Shown one piece after another: positions 28,069-39,743 of a stretch of 64,000 nucleotides of DNA. Source of the DNA: Octopus sinensis (lineage: Eukaryota); contig NC_042999.1 in the NCBI RefSeq assembly GCF_006345805.1, positions 117,366,001-117,430,000 of the forward strand, in the 5' to 3' direction. The stretch's first letter is position 1, and each line of letters opens with the position of its first letter. The position numbers and the translations under genes are program-made. The notes under the pieces are model-generated. The model worked only from the letters and a program-made list of their open reading frames with translations. It made no database searches and was not told where the DNA came from.

Positions 28069-28468
28069 GTTGCCTAGACATTTTTATGTGTATGTATAGG
28101 GATATATATATAGGTGTGTGATTTAGTGTATGTAGTTAGATATGGTTATATATAATTAGGTATATGCGTATGGGTGTATATATAGTTTAATATTATATTA
28201 TTATTATTTTTTTTTGTTTTGTTTTATACTTTATATTTTATATTTTATATTTTATATTTTATATTTAATTGTTGATAGGTTTTTTTAGTTTATATATTGT
28301 TTATATATTGATTATATATGGATTATAGATAGGTTATATATGGATTATATACTTATATTTTTTCATTCATACTTTAATTATTTTAAAATTATTATTTTAT
28401 TTTTTAAAATATTGATTTTTTAGATTGGAAGTCCACCTGAAGATTGTCGATCAAGACAAGAAACGATT

Positions 28469-29206
28469 TGATAATAATAATAAGATTAATAAGAATAAAA
28501 TTTGGTTAATAGTTCCTTATGGAAATCAAGTAAAAACGAATATTATTAAAGAGATTTTAGATGTTATAGATTTATTTATTAGAGTTAATCGTAAATATAG
28601 AAACATTTTCTCTTTTAATAATTTTGGAGTTGGTTACTCTACCACTAATAATGTTGGTAACATTATTTCTTCATTTAATAAATATAAACTGAATAATTTT
28701 TATAAAAAGAAATTATTTGATAATAATATTAATAATGATAAGACTTATATTAATTGTACATGTAGAGATAAATCTAATTGTATATTAAATAATAATTGTG
28801 ATATTAACGATGTAGTGTATAAATGTATAGTTACATTACATGATAATAACTTTAAGAATAATAATTACAAAAAAGCGGTTATATAGGTTCTACTTCCTCA
28901 AAAATAAAACTAAGAATCGCACAACATATGAATTCTTTTAAAAATAAAAACTTAATCAACTCAACCGGAATTAGTAAGTACATTTGGAGTCTTAAATCAC
29001 TAAATATTAATTATAGTTTAATTTGGGAAATAATTTGTAAAACTAAATCATATACTATAGGAGCTAATTGTTGTTATTTATGCTCTAATGAGTTTAAAGA
29101 AATTTTATTTTATAAGTATGATAATTTACTTAATACTGGCGAGGAGCGCAAAATAAAATGCAGACATAAGTTACTTTACCTATATAATAAGTTTCATGAT
29201 AAATAG
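28469..29206 (+). pseudogene. PLE thumb-linker-GIY-YIG endonuclease coding fragment
   Basis: IWLIVPY, IFSFNNFGVGYSTTNNVGNIISSFN, CTCRDKSNC (CxC-x5-C), VVY...GYIGST..K.RIAQHMNSFK, STGISKYIWSLK, CYLCSNE, KCRH; one frameshift in an A-run near 28869-28874. Confidence 0.85.
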
Positions 29207-31255
29207 CAATAATAGTTCCCTTTTAGGTTACTTTAGTTTAGTTTAAATTAGTTTAGGTAATATATTTTGGTTATGTTGTCTAGGCTTTAATTATAGTTAG
29301 TCTTTATTTATATTTCTTTGTTTTAATTAGTTCATTTTTAATGTATATATTTTGGAGGATATTTATATGTTTATGGGTGTTATTTAGTGGTGTTTTTATT
29401 GAGTTTTGTTGAATTGTAAGTATGTATTTTATTTACCTTTATGTCATATTGTTATTTTTGATATTCTGGTTAATTAAGATGTATTTAATTAATGTTGTTT
29501 TCATAGGAGTGTTTATGTATATGAGATTGTGTGCGAGTTTTTAGTTGTATAATTTATTTATCTGTATGAGTGTGGGTGTGTAAATATTGTTGTATATATT
29601 GAGTTTAGTGAGTATGTATATGCGTATATGTGAGGGAGTATATGTATCTGTTGTGTGTGTGTGTTTTGCGTGTGTGTGTGTTTGTGTGTGAATGTGTATA
29701 TGGGTTTGTTATTTAGGTTTTGGGATGTATGAGTTAATTTGTCTGTGTGGGAGGGAGTGGTTTTGGTGTATATGGAGGTTTATAAGTTAGTTTAGGTATG
29801 TGTATAAGTCGTGGGTCTGTGGTTTACGTGTGTGTTTGTGTGTGAATGTTTAGGTTTGGGGGATTACTATATAGGTTTGTTATAGAGTTTAGCAAAGGGA
29901 GATTTTATCGTTATATGTTTTTTAAGAGTTTTGGTTTATCATGGTTTTTTTTTTTTAGGGAATTCGTAGTAATTTGTCTTTTTTCGATGTTGGTTGTTTT
30001 ATTATATTGTTTCATTCATAATTTTTGAGTGGTGTTCGTTTTGCCACGTGAATTTTATTTTTAATTCCATTTCTTCCATTTCTCCATTCATTAATTTAGA
30101 GATGTTCGTTTCCAGAGCGGTTATACTTTTTATATATATGTTATGTTCTTTGGTAAAGTAATTTTGTTTGGTGTATATGTTGAGGCTTATATGTACTTGT
30201 GGGTGTGTGTGAGTGGGGTGGGAGTTTGTATTTGTTATGGGTGTGTGGTTTACGAGTGGTTTTGTGTGTGAATGTATTGGTTAAAGGAATTGCTATATAA
30301 GTATGTTTTAGTGTTTAGTAAAGGGAGGTTTTATCATTTCTGTTTTGTGAGTTTTAGCTTATCATGGTAGTTTTATAAAAGAATCCATTCATAATTTTTG
30401 TGTTTATTTGTCTGTGTGGGGTTGAGTGGGTTTTGGAGTATATGTTGAGGTTTATATGTATGTATTGGTATGTGTAAGTGGTGTGGGTATTTGTATATGT
30501 CGTGGGTGTGTAGTTTACGTGTGTGTATTTGTGTGTGAATGTTTAGGTTAGGGGGATTGCTATATAGGTTTGTTATAGAGTTTAGTAAAGGGAGATTTTA
30601 TCATTATATGTTTTTATGAGTTTTGGTTATCATGGTAGGTTTGATAAGGAATTTGTAGTAATTTGTGTCTATTTGCGATGTCTGTTGTTTTATTGCATTG
30701 TTTCATTCATAATTTTTAAGTAGTGTTCGTTTTACCAAGTGAATATAATTTTTAATTCCATTTATTCTATTTCTCCGTTCATAGTTTTGAGTGATGTCCA
30801 TTTTCTAGAGTGTGAATGTGGGTTGTATGTGTGTGTGTGTGGGAGTATGAATAAGTATTGTGTTGAAGTATTTAGCTATTTTATTTATTTATAGTTGCCT
30901 AGACATTTTTATGTGTATGTATAGGGATATATATATAGGTGTGTGATTTAGTGTATGTAGTTAGATATGGTTATATATAATTAGGTATATGCGTATGGGT
31001 GTATATATAGTTTAATATTATATTATTATTATTTTTTTTGTTTTGTTTTATATTTTATATTTTATATTTTATATTTTATATTTTATATTTAATTGTTGAT
31101 AGTTTTTTTAGTTTATATATTGTTTATATATTGATTATATATGGATTATAGATAGGTTATATATGGATTATATACTTATATTTTTTCATTCATACTTTAA
31201 TTATTTTAAAATTATTATTTTATTTTTTAAAATATTGATTTTTTAGATTGGAAGT

Positions 31256-31298
31256 CCACCTGAAGATTGTCGATCAAGACAAGAAACGATTGTAGTGG
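31256..31298 (+). ncRNA. Minimal type-I hammerhead ribozyme
   Basis: CCAC-CUGAAGA-UUGUC(GAUCAA)GACAA-GAAAC-GAUU-GUA-GUGG; stem I CCAC/GUGG, stem II 5 bp, predicted cleavage after 31294. Confidence 0.85.
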
Positions 31299-31384
31299 CG
31301 GTTTTTTTGACTATTTATTAAAATTTATGTATTGATTAAGTCTTTCCTTGTTTGTTTTGCAAAATAGTGGTTTTGTCTCGAATA

Positions 31385-31449
<65 letters not shown>

Positions 31450-31559
31450 ATAGGATAGTTTATACTTGAGACGACTAATTTAACAACGCATACACATCAA
31501 TATGACAAACACTTATTTCTTCAAATATAGACGCAAATAGTGAGTTGCTATTCATGTAG

Positions 31560-31634
31560 GGTTCTATGGTGTAATTAATGGTTAGCACTGTAGACTTTGA
31601 ATCCAGCAGTCTGGTTCAAGTCTCGGCAGGGCCT
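31560..31634 (+). pseudogene. tRNA-Gln(TTG) pseudogene
   Basis: ggttctatggtgtaat[taat]ggttagcactgtagacTTTGAatccagc...ggttcaagtctcggcagggcct; 4-nt duplication in D-arm and stem mismatches. Confidence 0.75.
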
Positions 31635-31779
31635 TATATTAAATAAAAAAATTCTTTCACTCCATTGCGCCAATTTTATACTACCTGAGCAAGCTGGAGG
31701 AAAGGAGAAAGTGTGATGCTAAAAAAAGAAAAAAAGAAAATGGTATAAGAAACGCAAGGACTTGGTTGTCGTGTAGCTG

Positions 31780-32210
31780 GATTATTTGGCGTATTATCAA
31801 ACCATGGGTAGTTGCTAGCCAGCATTTAATCAAGACAGTCTACGATTTTACTGTTCACAGATAATAACAAACAAATCAAATCTGACATCATAAATTACCA
31901 AAACTATACCCTATTGGTCTATGATTTGTTAATATTGCTCATTTCCTTGCTGTCGAAATATCTATCATAATATTTATGGAGTTGGATGCCCTGAATCCAG
32001 AGCCATATCTCATCATTTTTGACGAACAGATGCTGCACGGATAAAACATTGCTCACGGAGAAAATAAATTAGGTCTCATTGTCCAATATTTCGAAGACAT
32101 TGGGATGAAATTTCTTGAGTCGAAATACGCAGTTTTGATTGTGAAACTAAGACGGGTGTAATTGCATTCAAATGCGTATTACATGTATCTGGGACAAGAT
32201 GAGGATGCAA
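31780..32210 (+). mobile_element. Heavily decayed R4-type RT remnant
   Basis: QYFEDIGMKFLESKYAVL and YMYLGQDE resemble F..DIGM.FG..KCA and YKYLG motifs. Confidence 0.5.
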
Positions 32211-32849
32211 AATCAGTACTAACATAATATTTTCTTTAGGACATTTCTATTTAAGATGGAGATTTGCCATTTAAAAGACATTTCGTTGCTATTTTTAGCA
32301 TGTCCAGCAGTCATGTAGGTCCTACCAGTTATAAAAGTGAGCCAGAATATGCTGAGAGCAGTCATTTGGTCACAAGATGAATTTTAAATATTTTAAATAC
32401 TTAGTGCGTTCAGACTACTCAAAAATCATATTCATTTACATAATGCACATGTGGACTCGAAAAATAGTCTCAAATATCCTGGTTATTGGATCCAGAATGT
32501 TCAAACTAGGTCAGAGAAATAAAATAATAGCAACCAAAATTTATATAAAATGTGCAATGGGGAAAAAAACCAGTATCACTAGAAGATATCAGCCCGCATG
32601 ATCGCGTTTGGTTCTATGATACAAAATGATCTTAACAAACTTTTCATCAAAATTTTTCCATACATCAGCTTAATAACAACAAAGTTACTTTAATGATTTT
32701 TTTTTTATTATTTTCCAAATGATTTCAACCGAAGGCAGTAAATTTCATGAACAATTTAGTAATGAAAGGGTTAAATTAAACATTAAAAATAATACTGTCA
32801 TGAACTCGAATTCTCAACAAACTATCAAATCATTTTTGTTTTCCTAGTA

Positions 32850-33900
32850 ACAGTTAGCAACATCTGTACCTTGTCATGTAAATATTCACAGCATCGACAA
32901 ATTATTAATGAAGGAATTCCTTCATTACTTGCAACTAATCTGAAACTGCATAGAATAAAATACAGGGTTCTTGTAATAATATTATTGATCCATCCTCACT
33001 TGATGATACTGTTTGAGAAAAGTGTGTGTGTGTGAGTGCGTGTAAGACGTTGCAATTAACGACAAAATAAAATTGTATCATAGTATTAATTGATGCTAGA
33101 AAAACTACTGCTGAAGTCTTGCATAAAGTCGTGAAAAAGTGTTTGAGTGATGTGGGAATTAATATTTTATATAACTGCTTCTCTATTGCAGCAAATGGAG
33201 TTCCAAGCCTTTCTGGCGTTAATAATTCTCTCTACACGTTAATGAAATTAGCTAATCCAAACTTGAACCTTATAAAATTCATTTGCCACTCTTTCCATTA
33301 AATGTATTCCCATGCTGCAGGAGAATTTCCTTCTAACATTGTCTGTCTTTCAAGAGAAGCTTAAAACTGGTCTCATAGATCAGCGCTGTGAAGAGAATCT
33401 TACAAAGAAATAATTAATTTATCAACCAAAGATGGCGAGGAGCGACTGAAAATGATTTTCCTTTTCAACCACAAGTTGATTAGCGAGAAGTTACTGTAAA
33501 AAAGTTCCTGGCCAGTGAAAAGTATTAAAATTACATTTTCAATTGGCAACAACTCATTGCGACAGATTTTAAGCAAGTGAATTACATGCTATATAGTTAG
33601 TTATAATCAATGAACCTCTTGCAACATTTATGAGAGAACTGTTGAGCGAATTTGGAACAATTAATTTAGTGTTCTAAAAAGGAACAGCAGAAAACTAGAA
33701 TCTTAGATGGACTATGTACTTTTACATTCTCTATGCTTACAAGTATTTTACACCCTCAATATGTGAATCTTGAAGCGATTCATACATTGAATCACAGTAT
33801 ACTTACATAGGAAAAAAGATTTGGATAAAAATTCTATGGATTTTTGATCAGTAAACTTTCATTAAAACAAAGTTTCGAAGGTCAAAGGAAGCGCTGTACA
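32850..33900 (+). mobile_element. Decayed hAT-family transposase
   Basis: LKLHRIKY, ANGVPSLSGVNNSLYTLMKLANPNLNLIKFICHSFH (DGA..M.G / CxxH region), NWSHRSAL, Q*KVLKLHF. Confidence 0.6.
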
Positions 33901-34413
33901 AAAGCGGTTGTTCAGCCGTTGAGACAGACATTAAAAAATACTTATATCGCGTGCCTAGAATGAAACCCTTCATTTATGTTTAATCCAAGCACGTCCATCT
34001 TTTGCCACTTCTTTAAGATGCGAAATGTTAACACTTGACTTTTTGTTTATAAAAGTAACAATCCAATCGAATTTTATATTAAACTATCAACTAAGCAAAT
34101 TAGAACCTACACGAGGGCAACCATCACTGATGTATATTTCCTTTTGAAAATTTCGAAGTACTTTTTTTATGAAATCGATATGGTTAATCCGTGTTAGTCG
34201 TAAGAGAAACTTGCATAAGGCTAATATCTGTAAAGAGTGAGAATAGTTAGTTCAATCAAAAGAATGAAAAGATTTATAACTTCAACATAAAGTGCATAAG
34301 AGTAAAGTAACTACAGAATATAATCTAAATAGGAATACAAATCCTTAGAAATTCATAGTATGAATCCTTATAAAGTGGGATTTTCATGTTTCATCTTTTA
34401 GTATAAAATATTT

Positions 34414-34735
34414 AAATATTTTATACTAAAAAATGAAACAAACGGAAAATGAGGTGAGGTGTGGGGTAACTTATTTTCAATAGTTAGATATTATTAGATA
34501 CGAGGGGCTCGACAATATCGTTTGCACATTCTTGAATGCTTTTAATCAGATTTTCTATTGCGCACACTGGTTAGGGTTAGTTTTAGGGGTAGGTGGTGTG
34601 CACTCGCTTTACCTCCGCCTATTTTATGATGTTGTGATATACGACAGTAATATTTATAAAACAATACAGTAAATGGTAAAAGTAAACTACCTCCCCTTGT
34701 ATCGTCCGATTCGCGAGTATCCCTTTTCGGTTTTT
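34414..34735. mobile_element. Probable MITE whose right TIR is split by the CR1-like LINE
   Basis: Left aatattttatactaaaaaatgaaacaaacggaaaa vs ttttcggttt[LINE]tgttttatttttttagtataaaatatt (37193-37218); internal ggttagggttag. Confidence 0.45.
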
Positions 34736-34744
34736 TTAAATTTT

Positions 34745-37193
34745 TTTATTTATTAAGTTTCAGCTCACAAACTGTGGCCATGCTGGGGCACCGCCATTTG
34801 GTGTTGCTACATGATTTTACTTCACGAATGCTTTTTAGCAAATGCCATCTAGTGCATGAGAGAGTTCGATGCAGCTACCCTCATCTGCACCTCCTGCCAT
34901 GAAGTTGGTTCATCTGGGACACCTGACAAGATGAGATCCAGTTTTATTTTAAAGACATCTGCATCCATCCCATGCAGGTCTCTTAGGTTCTTCGGGAGGA
35001 TATTGAAGCCCAGGCTATCACAGTATCTTGTCCTACATCTTGAAGGCAAATTTGGAGTCCTTGGCACTATGCAGTGGCGCCCAGTTCTGGCATTTGTGTA
35101 ACTCTCGATGCCAAAGTTTGGGACAAGTCCTTCTAGGATCTTCCAGATGTATATTATGGCATATCTTTCTCACCTATGGTCTAAAGAATAGAGTCTCAAT
35201 CTCTTGAGTCTTTCCCAATAGCTTATATGCTGCGCAGAGGCTATCTTCTTCGTGTAGCTTCGTTGGATCGCCTCAAGTTCTGTGATTAACTTGACACTGG
35301 ATGGTGACTATAACTGAGAGCAATAGTCAAAGTGGCTTAGGACAAGTGTCCTCCAGAGGACCATCATGGTTTCCTGGTCTCTTGTTCTAAAGGTTCTAAG
35401 AATCCATCCGGTCAGCCGCCTACATTTCATTGCCAATTTAGCAACATGCACATGAAAGGTTGCATCATCACTCATGTAAATACCCAGGTCTCGCACTGAT
35501 TGTGCCTCTGGGATTACAATCCCTCCAGGTCCAGTGTATTTATTGGGTATTGCATTTAGTTTTGCATGCTGATAGTATAAAGCTTGAAACTTTTCAGCAT
35601 TCAACTGCATGCTATTCTTTTCAGCCCACTTGTATATTTTGTCCAGCTCACATTGCAGGTGCTTAGTGTCCTCAGGGTTCTGTATTGCCTGTGAAACTTT
35701 TGTATCATCTGCATAACTTGTGATCGTAGCTCTCTGCGTGGCTGAGGGTATGTCTGAGGGGGCCATTATGAACAGTAGTGGTCCCAGAACAGTGCCTTGC
35801 GGGACACCGCTCACTATTTGCGTGTTAATGGAAGTGGCCCCATTGGCTACTACCACCTGACTTCCATCCTTCAGAAAGTCATGAAGCCATTCTCCCAATT
35901 TTCCAACTATGCCAAGATCACGCAGTTTGTGACATATCATTCCATGATCGACTTTATCAAAGGCCTTGCAAAGTCAAGATACATGACTTCCACATTTGAG
36001 TGGTTGAGCAGTCGTTTCAGCACCCAGTCATAGTGTTGTAGGAGCTGAGTTAAGCAGCTTCTTCCTGGTCGGAAACCATGTTGGGTGTCAGGCAGCAAGT
36101 CATTTCCTTCAAGGAAGGTGATTAGTTTCCTTCTGACTATTCGTTCCATGACCTTGCTGATGTGTGAGATCAGAGAGATAGGTCTGTAGTTCTTGGCCCC
36201 CGCTCTTCTACCTCCTTTATGAATAGGGCATATGTTACCTCCCTTCAGTTTTCTTGGAAGTTTGCCAGTTGCAAGGAAGCTCTGAAAGAGGAACTGCAGT
36301 GGTCTTGCTAGGACTCTCTTACATACTTTTAGAAGGATTGCTGGGAATCCATCGGGGCCAGTAGCTGAGTTTGTTTTCATTTCATCAATAGCCTTTATTA
36401 CATCGTCTTCCTTTATATTGATGTAATCAATCATCGCTGCCTCTGATTTTATATCTGCAGTGGTAAAGAAGTCAGTTGGATTGCTGACTTGAAAATGCCC
36501 TAGGGGTAGAGGGAAACTACTCTTGAATTGCTCATTTAGTATTTCACCTACCCTCATTGGATTTCCTGTGAGTGTGCCATCCTTTTCAAGGAGTGGCCCT
36601 ATCCTACAGTGTACCGTAGCTGTTTCTTTGGCATACCTGTAGAAAGCTCTGGGGTTAGATTTTATGTTGTCTATAGCCCAGGCTTCTTTGTCTGTTCTTT
36701 CTTTTTCATGGGAGAGTTGCAGACATTTTTCAATTTCCAACAGCTTTATTTTCAGGCGGGACTTTTCACTGATTTCAATTTGTTTGTTTAGGTGATTTGA
36801 AACTTTTGTACGCCGTCTCATTAGAATTTTCCTCTCTCTGGGGATTTTGCTCTTGTGTACAGTGGCCTTTCTCTCTGGGACACATTTGTAGCATATGGCT
36901 TGCATTACAGACATGAATTGTTGAAGTTTCATGTCGATGTCTGGCGAAGATAGACATTCAGGCCAGTTTTGTTTGAGGATCTCTTTCTCAATTTGTTTCC
37001 AGTTTGCCTTATAGAAGTTCAAGCTGGAAAGATTCTGAGAGTTTCTTGTAGGCTGCATGTCCATGCTTTCCTTTGGCCCGTACATGGTCAGCTCTACCAT
37101 TTTGTGATCCGAGAGTAGTGTCGGCGTCACTTTCACATTATGGATGAGATCCATATTATTTGTGAAGCAGAGATCCAGTATGTTACCTGCCCT
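34745..37193 (-). mobile_element. 5'-truncated CR1-group LINE (end of APE, RT, C-terminus, 3' tail)
   Basis: GNILDLCFTN..LSDH; SATGPDG, NYRPISL, QHGFRPGRSC, YLDF, GVPQGTVLGPLLF, YADDTK, RDLGI, DYCSQL; frameshift near 35960; 3' stem-loop tail. Confidence 0.92.
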
Positions 37194-38359
37194 GTTTTAT
37201 TTTTTAGTATAAAATATTAAAAAATATATGAATCTTACTAATTTTTTGACAAATTCATTTCTTTTGGATATATTTCCCATTTTCCTAACTATTTTTTTTA
37301 CAATTAAACGTCATTTTCTTGGAGAGGTGCGTTTCTAAAGAAGCGTCACTTACTGTAATACTGGGTGTTATACAGTCGTCTGCTAAGTTATGAGGATCTA
37401 AACAAACTAAAACTAGTTTTCAAGCAATGAAAGGAATAAGCACAATGACACACATGCATATATAGGACAGACTTCCGCAAAATTCTCTGTCTATCAAATT
37501 CACTCGGTATTGGTTGTTCTGGAACTAAAGTAGAAGAAACTTGCCTAAGGTGCCACAAAGTGGCATTGAACTCGAAGTCGCGTAGATTTTGTTTCATATA
37601 TCATTATTTTTGGTTTCAAAACTAAATGCACCATTTAAAATATAACTAGACATCATTTCTATACATTCGCCCCCTTCCGGAGGCTCAAATATCACATCTG
37701 TATTATTTTCACCACATATTTAAGCACCAGTTGTAAAAGTATCTGCTAGTACTCATTAGATGAGTATTACTATCGTGATAAATATTGATCACATACTTAA
37801 TCGTATATTTAGCTGGAAACATAAAAGACAAGGTTAAATGGTCCTATCTGTTTGCATGAACTAGCATAATAATTCTGTGACAAATAGCTAACAGCCGCTG
37901 TATAGAATCACATCTCAAATTGCTAACAATAATTCTCTTATCACTGAATTATATATTAGCTGATTATATTTCCTCAATGTTAGAACCATCTATCAAGTGT
38001 TTAAATCTTGGCACACTAGTATCAGATTCAATATACATTTTCGCAATGATACTAATGCTGGTATCAAGAAATTTCCTTTCATAGATATTTGTTAATAAAG
38101 TTAGTGTCAGAGTGTAGCAGTATACGTATTGATTAATGCCGAGGAGAGTATTTCTGTTTATAAAAGTTATTAAACTAAGCCCATCGACTCGAGTTCAGAC
38201 TTCAGCAGAATCTTTCTTTTTTTTATAATGAAGGTTTTTTTATTTTTTAAATATGACCAAAAATTATTATATATTTTGATTACAACACTATTTTCATACA
38301 TTTTCATACAAATAATGGTTCATGCATTTCAGCTAAATTAACAATTTCTATATACAATA

Positions 38360-38568
38360 GTTTCAAATTTTAGCACAATGTAGTTTTAAAGGCCGGAATA
38401 AGTCAGTAGCATCGACCCAGAACGCTCAACTGGTACATATTTTACCGACCCCGAAGAGATGAAAAGCAAAGTTTCCCTCAGTGGAATTTGAACTCAGAGT
38501 GTAGAGCCAGAAGAAATGCCGCAAAGCGTTTTGTCTGAAGTGCTAAGTTTCTGCCGGCGCACTGCCTT
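38360..38568 (-). mobile_element. SINE family 2 with TSD
   Basis: Matches 61836-62067; flanking caatttctatat duplication. Confidence 0.7.
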
Positions 38569-38924
38569 CAATTTCTATATAATAACAATTCATCTCTTCT
38601 TTGGGTACATAGCATGAATGTTTTAGATGGGGTGGGTGTGGAGACTAGTCGATTACATCGACCCCAGTACTTCACTGGTACGAAATGCCGCTTAGCATTT
38701 TGTCTGATGTGCTAATGATTTTGTCAGTTTGCTACCATATTTCTATATATTAAATAAATACGGTTATCAATTTGTGTTGCAAGATTCCTGATGTGAAATA
38801 GTTTGTTGAAACCGATATTGTTGTATTTCGGGACAGTCACTTTTTTTTTGCCAAATAAACACACGCACTATATATTTTTCATCACTCGTTTATTAATGTT
38901 CCTATTTTAACTCATGTCCATTGT

Positions 38925-38964
38925 CCGGAAATCTTTCGTCACGCATCTGTGACCTCTTCAGCTA
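38925..38964 (-). ncRNA. Minimal hammerhead motif
   Basis: CUGAAGA-G-GUCAC(AGAUGC)GUGAC-GAAA-GAU-UUC-CGG; stem I 5' strand mutated. Confidence 0.6.
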
Positions 38965-39703
38965 CACTTTTCGTTTTTGCGTGTGTTCTTGCTCCGCTTA
39001 CTCCATTTTATTCTTCTAATGTATGTATCCTTATGTGTGCATGATTTTGTGTCCTTGTTTGTGTGTGTGTGTGTGTGTGTGTGATAGTTTTTAGCAGCAG
39101 TGCAGCCTTCCCCTCAGCAGCCCCATCCTCTCACCCCATAGTGCTGCTGCTGTCCTAAGACGCGAAAAATATGGTACAATTCCTGTATTCTTTTATGTAT
39201 GTTCACCCACGGTATTGCCATCGTGGTAGTTGTTGTTATTGCCATCGTTGTCACCACCGCTGCTGCTGTCGTTGATAAGCGTGTTGTTGACATTGTTGTG
39301 GCTGTCCGTGAAATTTCTTGTATGTTTGTGTGCGTATGGGTTCGCTTCGTATGCTGTATGTATCTATGCCCTTTATATAGATTTATTTAGTCATTTTATC
39401 TAGCTCATATTTATCCCAGATATGTGACAAATATATTTATATGCTTATTTATTTATTTTTGATACATCTATATTTGTGATAAGTATCAATGGTAAGTGCA
39501 TGTATGTCTATTGTGTGTGCGTGTTACTCTGTATGTTTCTGTGTATCCTGGAGTGAGAGGATGGAGCTGCTGAGGGGAAGGCCGCACTGCTGCTAAAAAC
39601 TATGACACACACACAAGCATAAACACACATATACACACGCACACACACACAAATGCATGCGCACATAAGGATACACACCTCAGAAGAAAAAATGGAATAA
39701 GTG

Positions 39704-39743
39704 CCGCTGAAGAGGTCACAGATGTGTAACGAAAGGTTTCCGG
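39704..39743 (+). ncRNA. Minimal hammerhead motif
   Basis: CCG-CUGAAGA-G-GUCAC(AGAUGU)GUAAC-GAAA-GGU-UUC-CGG; stem I CCG/CGG. Confidence 0.65.

Larger units (their letters stand above)
26780..31394 (+). mobile_element. Rearranged Penelope-like element insertion (Naiad-like linker) with inverted pLTR, inserted in (TA)n
   Basis: Inverted arm 26862-27967 vs 30289-31394; RT fragment; internal pLTR copy; GIY-YIG region; hammerheads; (TA)n on both flanks. Confidence 0.9.

Noticed and set aside
28425-28468. N-terminus MEVHLKIVDQDKKRF of ORF 28425-28886
   Set aside because: Chance in-frame read of the hammerhead/pLTR fragment fused to the PLE ORF, starting at a non-ATG codon
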